From an uncultured Gammaproteobacteria bacterium (lineage in GTDB: Bacteria > Patescibacteriota > Microgenomatia > UBA12405), in the NCBI GenBank assembly GCA_964557475.1, contig CAZLAG010000002.1, forward strand, positions 1-39,550: DNA of 39,550 nt. The letters run 5' to 3'. Positions 28,331 to 36,947 of the stretch are shown in pieces; position 1 is the first letter of the stretch, and each line of letters begins with the position of its first letter. The notes below the pieces were generated by a model. The model did not search any database and was not told where the DNA came from. It saw nothing but the letters and a program-made list of their open reading frames with translations. A program made the position numbers and the translations under genes.

Positions 28331-29126
28331 ACAACATTTTTTATCGGTAATTGTCCCTATCTACAAACAAGAAAAAACAATCAAAAAAGATCTTACTGAT
28401 ATTGATCAAGTTTTAAAGCAAATTCGTTATGATTATGAAATAATTGCCGTTGTTGATGGTAAAAAAGAAGATAATTCATATAAAATTGCCAAAAAAATAA
28501 AAATTCCTAAACTAAAAGTTTTTGGATATCAAAATAATCATGGAAAAGGTTATGCAGTTCGTTTTGGTATGGCCAAAACCAAAGGGGATTACATTGCATT
28601 TATTGATGCTGGTATGGAAATCGACCCAAATGGTATTTCGTTAATCATAGAGCACATGGAATGGTATAACGCCGATATTATTGTTGGTTCAAAACGACAT
28701 CCAGCTTCACAAATTGATTACCCTATTGATCGTAGAATTGTTAGTTTTGGCGGCCACTTAATCGCTAAGTATTTATTAGGCATTAATATTCATGATACTC
28801 AAGCCGGTTTAAAAATATTTAAACGATCTGTTTTGATTAAAGTTTTACCCAGACTACTTATCAAACGATATGCTTTTGACTTAGAGATACTTTCAGTTGC
28901 TAATCATCTAGGTTTTAAAAAAATATATGAAGCTCCAATTAAGCTAAATTATAATTTCACTAGTCTTACTCACGCTACTGGCTTCAAAACTATTTATAAT
29001 TGTCTCGTGGATAGTTTAGCAGTTTTTTACCGACTCAGAATCATCAATTATTATGATGATAAAAATAAAAGAAAATGGATTTACGATCCTGAATTATCAA
29101 TGCGTATCAATACCGGCGAACAATGA
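28320..29126 (+). CDS. Family 2 glycosyltransferase of the DPM1/ALG5/GtrB type (candidate polyprenyl-phosphate hexose synthase)
   Basis: LSVIVPIYKQEKTI...VDGKKEDNS...GKGYAVRFGM...FIDAGMEIDP...IVGSKRHPAS...IHDTQAGLKIFKRSVL. The DTQ.G.K.F.R signature is characteristic of Dol-P-Man / Dol-P-Glc synthase-like enzymes. Confidence 0.75.
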   Translation: MENKQHFLSVIVPIYKQEKTIKKDLTDIDQVLKQIRYDYEIIAVVDGKKEDNSYKIAKKIKIPKLKVFGYQNNHGKGYAVRFGMAKTKGDYIAFIDAGMEIDPNGISLIIEHMEWYNADIIVGSKRHPASQIDYPIDRRIVSFGGHLIAKYLLGINIHDTQAGLKIFKRSVLIKVLPRLLIKRYAFDLEILSVANHLGFKKIYEAPIKLNYNFTSLTHATGFKTIYNCLVDSLAVFYRLRIINYYDDKNKRKWIYDPELSMRINTGEQ

Positions 29127-30100
29127 ATCCTATTTTTTCAGTAATTATTCCAGTCAGAAAAATTAATCCCTATCTTAGGGAAACATTAAAAGAACTCAAA
29201 AACCAATCTCGAAAAAATTTTGAAGTTTTAGTAATTACCGACGAAATTTCAGGGTCAGCTAATCCTGCAGAAAAAAGAAATTTAGGTGCCAAAAAAGCTA
29301 AAGGTGAATATTTAGTTTTCTTTGATGACGATTCATATCCACAAAAAAATTATTTTAAAAATGCTCAAAAACTAATTGAAAATAATTCTAAAATTAATAA
29401 TTTTTGTGGTCCTTGTCTAACTCCACCAAAAGATAATATATTACAAAAAGCATCTGGACTTGTTTGGTCTAGTTGGTTGGGAAGTGGCGGAGCTGGACAT
29501 TATCGCAACCATATTTCTTCAAAAAGATTCGTTGATGATTATCCCAGTGTTAACCTAATCGTCAAAAAAACAGATTTTATCAAAATTGGTGGTTTTGTCA
29601 CTTCTTATTGGCCTGGAGAAGACACTCTTTTATGTTTGGATATAACCAAAAAGCTTCATCAAAAAATTCTTTATCATCCCACATTGATTGTTTACCACCA
29701 TCGTCGTCAAGTTGTAACTGCTCATCTTCAACAAATAACACGATATGCTATTCATCGTGGTTTTTTTGCTCGCAAATTTCCTGAAACCAGTTTCAAAATT
29801 GGTTACTTTATTCCCTCATTTTTTGTTTTATATTTATTTCTATTAGCTATTAACTATTTTACTATTAGCTATAATTTATTGTATGTTCCATTATATTTAT
29901 ATTTATCAATATTAATTATTACCTTAATAAAATTCATTTTAAATAAAAATTCATTATTATTATCTTTATTAGCCATAATTACTATTCCAATCACTCACAT
30001 TTACTACGGTATACTATTTATAAATGGCTTCTTCAAAAAAGATGTTAAATTCAAACCACACACCTTTGATCAAAAAACCGGTAAATATATCGGTGGTTAA
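29123..30100 (+). CDS. Family 2 glycosyltransferase with C-terminal transmembrane helices
   Basis: ATGA overlap. FSVIIPVRKINPYL...NFEVLVITDE...GEYLVFFDDDSYP...WPGEDTLLCLD. About 3-4 hydrophobic helices in the last ~100 aa. Confidence 0.8.
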   Translation: MNPIFSVIIPVRKINPYLRETLKELKNQSRKNFEVLVITDEISGSANPAEKRNLGAKKAKGEYLVFFDDDSYPQKNYFKNAQKLIENNSKINNFCGPCLTPPKDNILQKASGLVWSSWLGSGGAGHYRNHISSKRFVDDYPSVNLIVKKTDFIKIGGFVTSYWPGEDTLLCLDITKKLHQKILYHPTLIVYHHRRQVVTAHLQQITRYAIHRGFFARKFPETSFKIGYFIPSFFVLYLFLLAINYFTISYNLLYVPLYLYLSILIITLIKFILNKNSLLLSLLAIITIPITHIYYGILFINGFFKKDVKFKPHTFDQKTGKYIGG

Positions 30101-31517
30101 ATCCATCAGTATTTCCTATCCACCAATAAATTCTTCAAAAGGATCTGCATTTTTGTCTCAAAATCGTCAATTTCAGTGGACAAATACTGGTAATGTAATT
30201 TTTCCTGTTATTTTAGGATATGCTGCTAGTCTCCTAAAAAAAGAAGGTTTAAAAGTTTTTTGGGATGATGGTATTGCCCAAAAAATTAGTTACCAAAAAT
30301 GGTTTCAAAATATCCAAAAAAATAAACCAGATTTAATTGCTATTGAAACCAAAACTCCTGTAGTCAAAAAACATTGGCAAGTTATCAAAGAAATTAAAAA
30401 TAAATGCTCATGGAATCCAATTGTAGTTCTTATGGGTGATCATGTTACTGCACTTCCTCAAGAATCTATTGACAATAGTCCTGTTGATTATGTCTTAGTA
30501 GGTGGAGATTATGATTTTCTTTTGTCAGATCTTATTAAAAAAATTAATTCTAATTTTAAATTCAAAAGTAAGATATTTAAATTGACCGCAGAAAACAATT
30601 TAAATCAATTACCTATTATTGATCGTCAACTCACTCAATGGGAATTGTATGCCTACAACAATACCAACTATAAATACAAACCAGGTGCCTATATTATGTC
30701 TGGTCGAGATTGTTGGTGGGGTAAATGTACTTTTTGTAGTTGGACTACTCTTTTCCCAGGTAAATGCTTTCGTTCTTTTTCTGTCAAACATACTATCGCC
30801 GAAATTGAAAACTTAGTCAATAATTTTGGCATTAAAGAAATATTTGATGATTCAGGCACATTACCTACAGGTTTATGGCTAAAACAACTTTGTCACCAAT
30901 TAATCAAAAAGAAATTAAATCAAAAAGTAAAAATTGGTTGTAATATGCGATTTGGCGCTTTATCTTCAAAAGAATATCGACTTATGTATCAAGCTGGTTT
31001 TCGGTTTGTTTTATATGGTCTTGAGTCAGCCAACCAAAAAACTCTAGAATTTATCAACAAAAATGAAACTACTAAAGATGCCTTAAACACGCTAAAAATT
31101 GCCAAAAAGAACAAACTCCAACCTCATATTACTATTATGGTTGGTTTTCCCAATGAAACCAAATCTGATATTCAAAAAACCTTAAATTTATCTCAAAAAA
31201 TTTTTCAACTTGGTTTAGCCGACAGTTTACAAGCTACTCTATTAATTCCTTATCCAGGCACACCTCTTTTTGATTACTGCAAAAAAAACAATCTTTTACT
31301 CACTCAAGATTGGAACAAATTTGATATGCGCCAGCCAATTATCAAAACTAGTTTAAAATCAGAAGAAATAAATACATACATTCAAAAATTCTTCAAAAGT
31401 ATTTTTACTCCAAGATTTATTTTAAATAAAATTATTTCCATAAGATCAATAGATGATGTTAAATACCTTTTATTCTACGGATTAAAATTCATTAAAAAAT
31501 TAAAAGATTTTCAATGA
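30093..31517 (+). CDS. B12-binding-domain radical SAM enzyme (class B-like / HpnJ-like)
   Basis: The track starts at ATG 30024, 77 nt inside the upstream gene. GTG 30093 (8-nt overlap) gives VVKSISISYPPINS..., resembling typical N-termini of this family, so the start is uncertain. Rossmann-like B12-binding region (PDLIAIETKT...VVLMGDHVTALPQE...VDYVLVGGDYD), then the Cys cluster SGRDCWWGKCTFCSW. Confidence 0.8.
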   Translation: MVKSISISYPPINSSKGSAFLSQNRQFQWTNTGNVIFPVILGYAASLLKKEGLKVFWDDGIAQKISYQKWFQNIQKNKPDLIAIETKTPVVKKHWQVIKEIKNKCSWNPIVVLMGDHVTALPQESIDNSPVDYVLVGGDYDFLLSDLIKKINSNFKFKSKIFKLTAENNLNQLPIIDRQLTQWELYAYNNTNYKYKPGAYIMSGRDCWWGKCTFCSWTTLFPGKCFRSFSVKHTIAEIENLVNNFGIKEIFDDSGTLPTGLWLKQLCHQLIKKKLNQKVKIGCNMRFGALSSKEYRLMYQAGFRFVLYGLESANQKTLEFINKNETTKDALNTLKIAKKNKLQPHITIMVGFPNETKSDIQKTLNLSQKIFQLGLADSLQATLLIPYPGTPLFDYCKKNNLLLTQDWNKFDMRQPIIKTSLKSEEINTYIQKFFKSIFTPRFILNKIISIRSIDDVKYLLFYGLKFIKKLKDFQ

Positions 31518-32530
31518 TTCAAGTCAGTTTTATCATTCCAACATTAAATGCCCAAAAAGTTTTATCAAAATGTCTAACTTCAATTAGTAAACAAAATTAT
31601 CCCAAATCAAATTATGAAATATTAATTATTGATGGGGGATCAACCGACAAAACTATAAATATTGCCAAAAAATTTAATTCAAAAATATTAAAAAATCCCC
31701 TAAAAACCGCTGAAGCCGGTAAATCAGTAGGTATCAGGAAAGCTCGTGGAAAATATGTTTGTTTAATCGATTCCGATAATATATTACCTCACAAATCTTG
31801 GTTAAAACAAATGATTTTTCCCATGGAACAAGACAATCGTTTAATTGGTTCAGAACCGATTAAATTTACTTATCGATCAAATTCTGGTTTTATGGAACGA
31901 TATTCAGCTCTTATTGGAGCCAACGACCCATACGCATTTATAACCGGCGTTTATGATCGACAAAATTATCTCAATAATAAATGGACTGGCCTAAAAATAG
32001 ATCAAATCGACAAAGACAAATATATTGTTTTAACTCTTAAACCAAAAACAATTATTCCTACCATTGGTGCTAATGGTACAATTTTTAGAACCATTTTTCT
32101 CCAACAAAATTTAAATTCAGATTATTTCTTTGATATTGATATCATTTCTCAAGTTTTATCAAAAAATAACCAAGCACTATATTTTGCCAAAGTTAAAACA
32201 GGTATCATTCACACTTTTTGTGAAGATTCGTTAACCAAATTTATTCGTAAACAAAAAAGAAGATTAACTGATTTTTATTATTATCAAAAATTTCGCCAAT
32301 ATGATTGGCAGCCAGTTAATCAACAATCTCAAATTAAATTTATTTTATATACCATTTTGGTATTTCCAGCTCTTTTTGATTCAATTAGAGGTTTTATTAA
32401 AAAACCCGATCCAGTTTGGTTTTTACATCCAATATTATGCTTAATTACTCTTTTTTGTTACACTCTTATCACCTTACAATTTAAATTTGGTTTGTTAAAA
32501 CCAATTAATCGTAATTTATGGCATCAATAG
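31514..32530 (+). CDS. Family 2 glycosyltransferase with two C-terminal TM helices (GtrB/ArnC-like architecture)
   Basis: ATGA overlap. VSFIIPTLNAQKVL...ILIIDGGSTDKT...GKYVCLIDSDN. C-terminal FILYTILVFPALF and HPILCLITLFCYTLITL. Confidence 0.8.
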   Translation: MIQVSFIIPTLNAQKVLSKCLTSISKQNYPKSNYEILIIDGGSTDKTINIAKKFNSKILKNPLKTAEAGKSVGIRKARGKYVCLIDSDNILPHKSWLKQMIFPMEQDNRLIGSEPIKFTYRSNSGFMERYSALIGANDPYAFITGVYDRQNYLNNKWTGLKIDQIDKDKYIVLTLKPKTIIPTIGANGTIFRTIFLQQNLNSDYFFDIDIISQVLSKNNQALYFAKVKTGIIHTFCEDSLTKFIRKQKRRLTDFYYYQKFRQYDWQPVNQQSQIKFILYTILVFPALFDSIRGFIKKPDPVWFLHPILCLITLFCYTLITLQFKFGLLKPINRNLWHQ

Positions 32531-33516
32531 ATATCTTAATTCCCACCTATAATGGGGCAAAATGTATTACTCAAACATTAAAAAGTATTCTTTCTCAGGA
32601 TTTTGATGATTTTGAAATCATCATTTCCGATGATGTTTCCAAAGACAATACAATTGCTGTTATCAAAAAAATTAAAGATAAAAGAATTAAAATCTTTAAG
32701 AATAAAAAAAATCTTGGTTATTCATTAAACTTAGAAAACGCTCGAAGATTAGCTACCGCCGACATCATTTACCTTATGGGGCAAGATGATATTATGGCCA
32801 CACATACTCTCAAAAATACTTTTAATGCTTTTAAAGATCCCAAAATTGGAGCCGTCACCAGACCCTATTATTGGTTTGATAAAAAAATAAAAACTCCAGT
32901 CCGAGCCAAAAGACAATTAGATTCCACCAAAGATACTGTTGTAAAAATTACCGATGACCCTCAAAAAGTAATTCGAGTCTTTGAAACTTTGGATCAATTA
33001 TCAGGTTTGGCCTATCGTAAAAAATTTATGAAATTACCTTTTCACCCTGATATTTTTCCTTGTCATATTTATCCTTTTGCTGACATTTTCAAAAATCACC
33101 CAGTCATGTTTCTCAAAGATTATAATATTGCTGTCCGTATCGCCAGTAGTCAGACTAGAAGTCTTTCGTCTATTTACAATAAATCTCCACTTTTAAGTTG
33201 GGTTGAAATGGTTAAATCAATTTTTAGTGAAAAGAAGTATCAAAGTGTTCAAAAATATTTAATTAAAAATTTCATTACCAAAAATTATGTTGGATTAGTT
33301 CAACTTCGTAATTATGCTCGCTATAAATATTTTCTTAGAGAAATTTGGTATTTGGTTAAATTTAATTATTTAAATTTATTAAATCCTGCATTTTGGTTTT
33401 TTTCATTAGGTTGTATTATCACGCCACCCTTTATTCTTATCCCTATGGTTGATAATTACAAAAACAAAATTTATTCAAAAAGTTTGACTAAAATTAAATT
33501 TGAATATAAATTTTGA
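32518..33516 (+). CDS. Family 2 glycosyltransferase
   Basis: IDILIPTYNGAKCITQTL...EIIISDDVSKDNT...NLGYSLNLENA...YLMGQDD. One hydrophobic C-terminal segment. Confidence 0.8.
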   Translation: MASIDILIPTYNGAKCITQTLKSILSQDFDDFEIIISDDVSKDNTIAVIKKIKDKRIKIFKNKKNLGYSLNLENARRLATADIIYLMGQDDIMATHTLKNTFNAFKDPKIGAVTRPYYWFDKKIKTPVRAKRQLDSTKDTVVKITDDPQKVIRVFETLDQLSGLAYRKKFMKLPFHPDIFPCHIYPFADIFKNHPVMFLKDYNIAVRIASSQTRSLSSIYNKSPLLSWVEMVKSIFSEKKYQSVQKYLIKNFITKNYVGLVQLRNYARYKYFLREIWYLVKFNYLNLLNPAFWFFSLGCIITPPFILIPMVDNYKNKIYSKSLTKIKFEYKF

Positions 33517-33517
33517 T

Positions 33518-34081
33518 ATGTATAAAATTTTTCTGTTTTTCAGCAAAATATACACCTTTTTCATCAAAAGTAATTTTCAGTCATTTGGTAAAAATTCTAT
33601 CATTAAACCATTTTTAAATTTTTCCAATGCTAATTTTATTAATATTGGTCAGAGTGTAAATATAGGTAATTCTTGTCGTATCACTGTAAGTACTGATTTT
33701 TGCAGTATACCCACTAAAAGTAAAACTAAAACTAAAATAAAGATAGGTAACCACGTTGATATTGGCAATAATACCTTTATTAGTGCCAATAACGACATAA
33801 AAATTGGTGATCACGTAATAATGGGTCCATATGTTTTTATTACCGATCATGATCATGGTTTTAAAGATATTAAAAAAAATCTTCATCAACAACCTCTCAC
33901 CGAAAATGGTCATGTTTTAATCGAAAACAATGTATTTTTGGGAACCAAATGTAGCATTTTAAAAAATGTTTCGATAGGTCAACATTCTGTCATTGGAGCT
34001 AATTCAGTCGTCACTCAAGATATTCCTCCATTCTCAATTGTTGCCGGTAATCCAGCTAGAATAATTAAAAAAATAAAATGA
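33518..34081 (+). CDS. Hexapeptide-repeat (left-handed beta-helix) sugar O-acetyltransferase, WbbJ/LacA-like
   Basis: The track starts at TTG 33500. ATG 33518 lies 1 nt after the upstream stop. Repeats IGNHVDIGNNTFISANNDIKIGDHVIMGPYVFI...VFLGTKCSILKNVSIGQHSVIGANSVV, ending with the typical PPFSIVAGNPARIIKK. Confidence 0.85.
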   Translation: MYKIFLFFSKIYTFFIKSNFQSFGKNSIIKPFLNFSNANFINIGQSVNIGNSCRITVSTDFCSIPTKSKTKTKIKIGNHVDIGNNTFISANNDIKIGDHVIMGPYVFITDHDHGFKDIKKNLHQQPLTENGHVLIENNVFLGTKCSILKNVSIGQHSVIGANSVVTQDIPPFSIVAGNPARIIKKIK

Positions 34082-35100
34082 ACTTTCTTCGACAAATCAA
34101 AAACTTAGTTGAAACTAATAAAGTTATCTCGTCTTCATTTGATTTATTTGCTTCCACGCCTGTCTATCAAAAATTAATTAAATATAAAATAAACAAAACC
34201 ATCCTTAATCTTAAAAAAAATAAAAATTACAACATAATTATTGAAACTACAAATTTTTGTAATGCTAAATGCATTATGTGTCCTCATACAATTATGAAAC
34301 GTCCTCAAAAAATCATGAGTGAGGATATTTTTAATCAAATCATAAAACGTCTTATTCAAGAAAAAATTAAACCCAATGCTTTCATTCTTAATGGATTTGG
34401 TGAACCACTCATCGATACTCAAATAATCAATCGAATCAAAATCATAAAAACTACCTTTCCCAAAAGTAAATTAAAATTTTATTCAAATTTCAATCTAGCA
34501 ACTTCTAAATTAATTCATAATTTAGTTTCTTCTGGTCTCGACGAAATCAATATTAGTCTTAACGGATACAATTCGTTAACTTATCAAAAAGTGATGAAAA
34601 TAGATTATCAAAAAACCATTTCTAACCTCAAAGAATTAATCAAAATTAATCGAAAACACAATTCTCCTCTAAAAATTAGAATTTCTATGACATTGGTAAA
34701 ACATAATGAAACATCAATCAAAAAATTTATCGACAAATGGGGTAATTTAGTTGATTCTGTTAGTGTCAATAAAGTCCACGATTATCATGGTAATGTTTCC
34801 AATCAAGCCAATAAATTTAAAATTAATTTTCATAAAAAAATTTTTCCCTGTAGATATATTTGGGATACAATTCCTATTGATGTTGATGGAAATATCACTC
34901 TTTGTTGTTTAGACTATGAATCTCAATATAAATTTGGCAACATCAAATCACAGCCAATCCTAAAAAGTTTTTATACTCCCAAATTCAATACCATCAGACA
35001 ACAACATCTTGATAATAATATTTCCCATATTAATATATGTCGCACTTGTTACACCCCATACAAAAATGGAGTAGAGTGGCTATTTGAAAAACTTTACTAA
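34078..35100 (+). CDS. Radical SAM enzyme with C-terminal SPASM/twitch-like Cys-rich domain
   Basis: ATGA overlap. Canonical CX3CX2C (NFCNAKCIMCPH; Cys codons at 34258-34281). GFGEPL glycine-rich motif. C-terminal Cys pattern PCRY...DGNITLCCLDYE...ICRTC (5 Cys). Confidence 0.85.
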   Translation: MNFLRQIKNLVETNKVISSSFDLFASTPVYQKLIKYKINKTILNLKKNKNYNIIIETTNFCNAKCIMCPHTIMKRPQKIMSEDIFNQIIKRLIQEKIKPNAFILNGFGEPLIDTQIINRIKIIKTTFPKSKLKFYSNFNLATSKLIHNLVSSGLDEINISLNGYNSLTYQKVMKIDYQKTISNLKELIKINRKHNSPLKIRISMTLVKHNETSIKKFIDKWGNLVDSVSVNKVHDYHGNVSNQANKFKINFHKKIFPCRYIWDTIPIDVDGNITLCCLDYESQYKFGNIKSQPILKSFYTPKFNTIRQQHLDNNISHINICRTCYTPYKNGVEWLFEKLY

Positions 35101-35103
35101 TTT

Positions 35104-35760
35104 ATGAATTTAACCTATATATATCCAATCTTTCACAAATTAGATTATTGTCTCCAAAAAGAATTAAAAGATTGTAAAACTGTTCTCGATCTTGGTTGTG
35201 GTCCATCATCTCCACTGAAAAATATTAAACATCTAAAATATAGTTTAGGTGTAGAGGCTTTCAAACCATATTTAGATCTATCTAAAAAAAATAAAATTCA
35301 CACTAAATATCTTCAAAAGAATATTTTAGAAGTAAACTTTCCCGATAATAGTTTTGATGCTGTAATTTTAATTGAAGTTATTGAACATCTTTCCAAAAAA
35401 GATGGTCAAAAAATAATAAGGAAAGCTTTCAGATGGGCCAAGAAAAAAGTAATTTTAAGCACTCCCAATAAATATTTTGAAATGGGTCAAGTTGATCAAA
35501 ATCCTTACCAACAACACCGTTCTGGTTGGTCGATAATAGAACTAAAAAATCTTGGTTTTAAAGTTAACGGTGTCAGTGGATTAAAAATGTTTTACCAAGA
35601 AGAAAATCATATTAATAGTTTAATAATCAATAAACCATATCAAAACATTAAATTTAAACCCAAAATATTGTTTTATTATATTAATGCTTTTTGTCAGATA
35701 TTTAATTACTACTATCCAAAATTTTCCTTTGGTTTGTTTGCTGTAAAAGAAAAAATATGA
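35104..35760 (+). CDS. Class I SAM-dependent methyltransferase
   Basis: Motif I VLDLGCGPSS, post-I and motif II-like FDAVILIEVIEHL, then KKVILSTPN. Confidence 0.8.
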   Translation: MNLTYIYPIFHKLDYCLQKELKDCKTVLDLGCGPSSPLKNIKHLKYSLGVEAFKPYLDLSKKNKIHTKYLQKNILEVNFPDNSFDAVILIEVIEHLSKKDGQKIIRKAFRWAKKKVILSTPNKYFEMGQVDQNPYQQHRSGWSIIELKNLGFKVNGVSGLKMFYQEENHINSLIINKPYQNIKFKPKILFYYINAFCQIFNYYYPKFSFGLFAVKEKI

Positions 35761-36947
35761 AACCAATTAAAATTAGTTTTTTATTCAATCAACTGACTAA
35801 CTCTGTTCTTTGTACAGGTGGTGAAATTAGAGGATTTACTATTGCTAGTTTTTTTAAAAAAAACAAAAAGTTTAAGGTTGAAATAATCACTCCTGAAATT
35901 GGTTCAAAATCATTTCCTAAATTCAAAAAAAGGATAATCGGTCATCAAAAAATCGAAAAATACTTAAATCAGCAAACATTATTTTCATCGTTCATTTTAT
36001 TTATTGAACGGACAATAATTTCATTATTTAATTTATCTTTTTTTAAAGCTGATATTATTTATGCCACCGGTGATTTCTTTTGCGATATTATTCCCGCCTT
36101 TTTTGCCAAAATTATTTATCCCAAAACCAAGACAGTTGTCTGTATTCATCATATTAATCAAAATCCTTTCAAAAGAAAAACTAATTCATTTTTATCAGGA
36201 ATCATTTCATATTTAATCCAACAATTAAGTTTTTTCCTTATAAAACAAAAGTTCGATTTAATTTTTGTGGTTAATCATCAAGTCAAACAATATCTTCTTC
36301 AAAAAAATATTACTCAACCAATTATTGTTGTTGGTAACGGACTTGATATTAAAACTATAAAAAAACAAATTGATAATTTACACGACATTAAACCGAGTAA
36401 CCATATTAGTTACTTTGGTCGTCTTTCTGTTACCAAGGGTGTTTATGATTTACCCATAATTCTTAGTAAGATTTTAAAAAAACATTCTGATATTCAATTA
36501 GATATTATTGGAGCTTCTATTCCTAAAATAAAAGATACTTTAATTGAAAAATTTAATCAACAAAATTGTCAAAACCATTTTCACATTCATGATTTTGTCG
36601 TAGATAAAAATGACATCTTTAAAATTCTACTTCAATCAAAAGTCATTATTTTTCCTTCATATGAAGAAGGCTGGGGAATTTCCTTATTTGAATCGATTAT
36701 GACCAAAAGACCAGTAGTCACATATAATTTACCTATCTTTGATGAAATATTTGAAGGTAATTTAATTTCTGCTCCATTAGGGGATACTAAAATATTTGTT
36801 CAAAAAACAATTGAATTGATCGATAATTATCAATCAACTTCAACCCAAAATTATATTAAAAATTGTTATCAAATTGCTCAAAAATATAGTTGGGAAAATG
36901 TATTTTTAACAGAAAAAAAATATCTAATTAAACTAATTAATCAATGA
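35757..36947 (+). CDS. GT-B fold glycosyltransferase, family 4-like
   Basis: ATGA overlap. CTGGEIRG near the N-terminus and a C-terminal PSYEEGWGISLFESIMTKRPVVTYNLPIFDEIF. Confidence 0.8.
   Translation: MKPIKISFLFNQLTNSVLCTGGEIRGFTIASFFKKNKKFKVEIITPEIGSKSFPKFKKRIIGHQKIEKYLNQQTLFSSFILFIERTIISLFNLSFFKADIIYATGDFFCDIIPAFFAKIIYPKTKTVVCIHHINQNPFKRKTNSFLSGIISYLIQQLSFFLIKQKFDLIFVVNHQVKQYLLQKNITQPIIVVGNGLDIKTIKKQIDNLHDIKPSNHISYFGRLSVTKGVYDLPIILSKILKKHSDIQLDIIGASIPKIKDTLIEKFNQQNCQNHFHIHDFVVDKNDIFKILLQSKVIIFPSYEEGWGISLFESIMTKRPVVTYNLPIFDEIFEGNLISAPLGDTKIFVQKTIELIDNYQSTSTQNYIKNCYQIAQKYSWENVFLTEKKYLIKLINQ

Noticed and set aside
33518-35104. Hidden RiPP precursor peptide next to the SPASM-type radical SAM gene.
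   Set aside because: The flanking junctions are an ATGA overlap and a 3-nt gap, so there is no intergenic space. No plausible short same-strand ORF is available.
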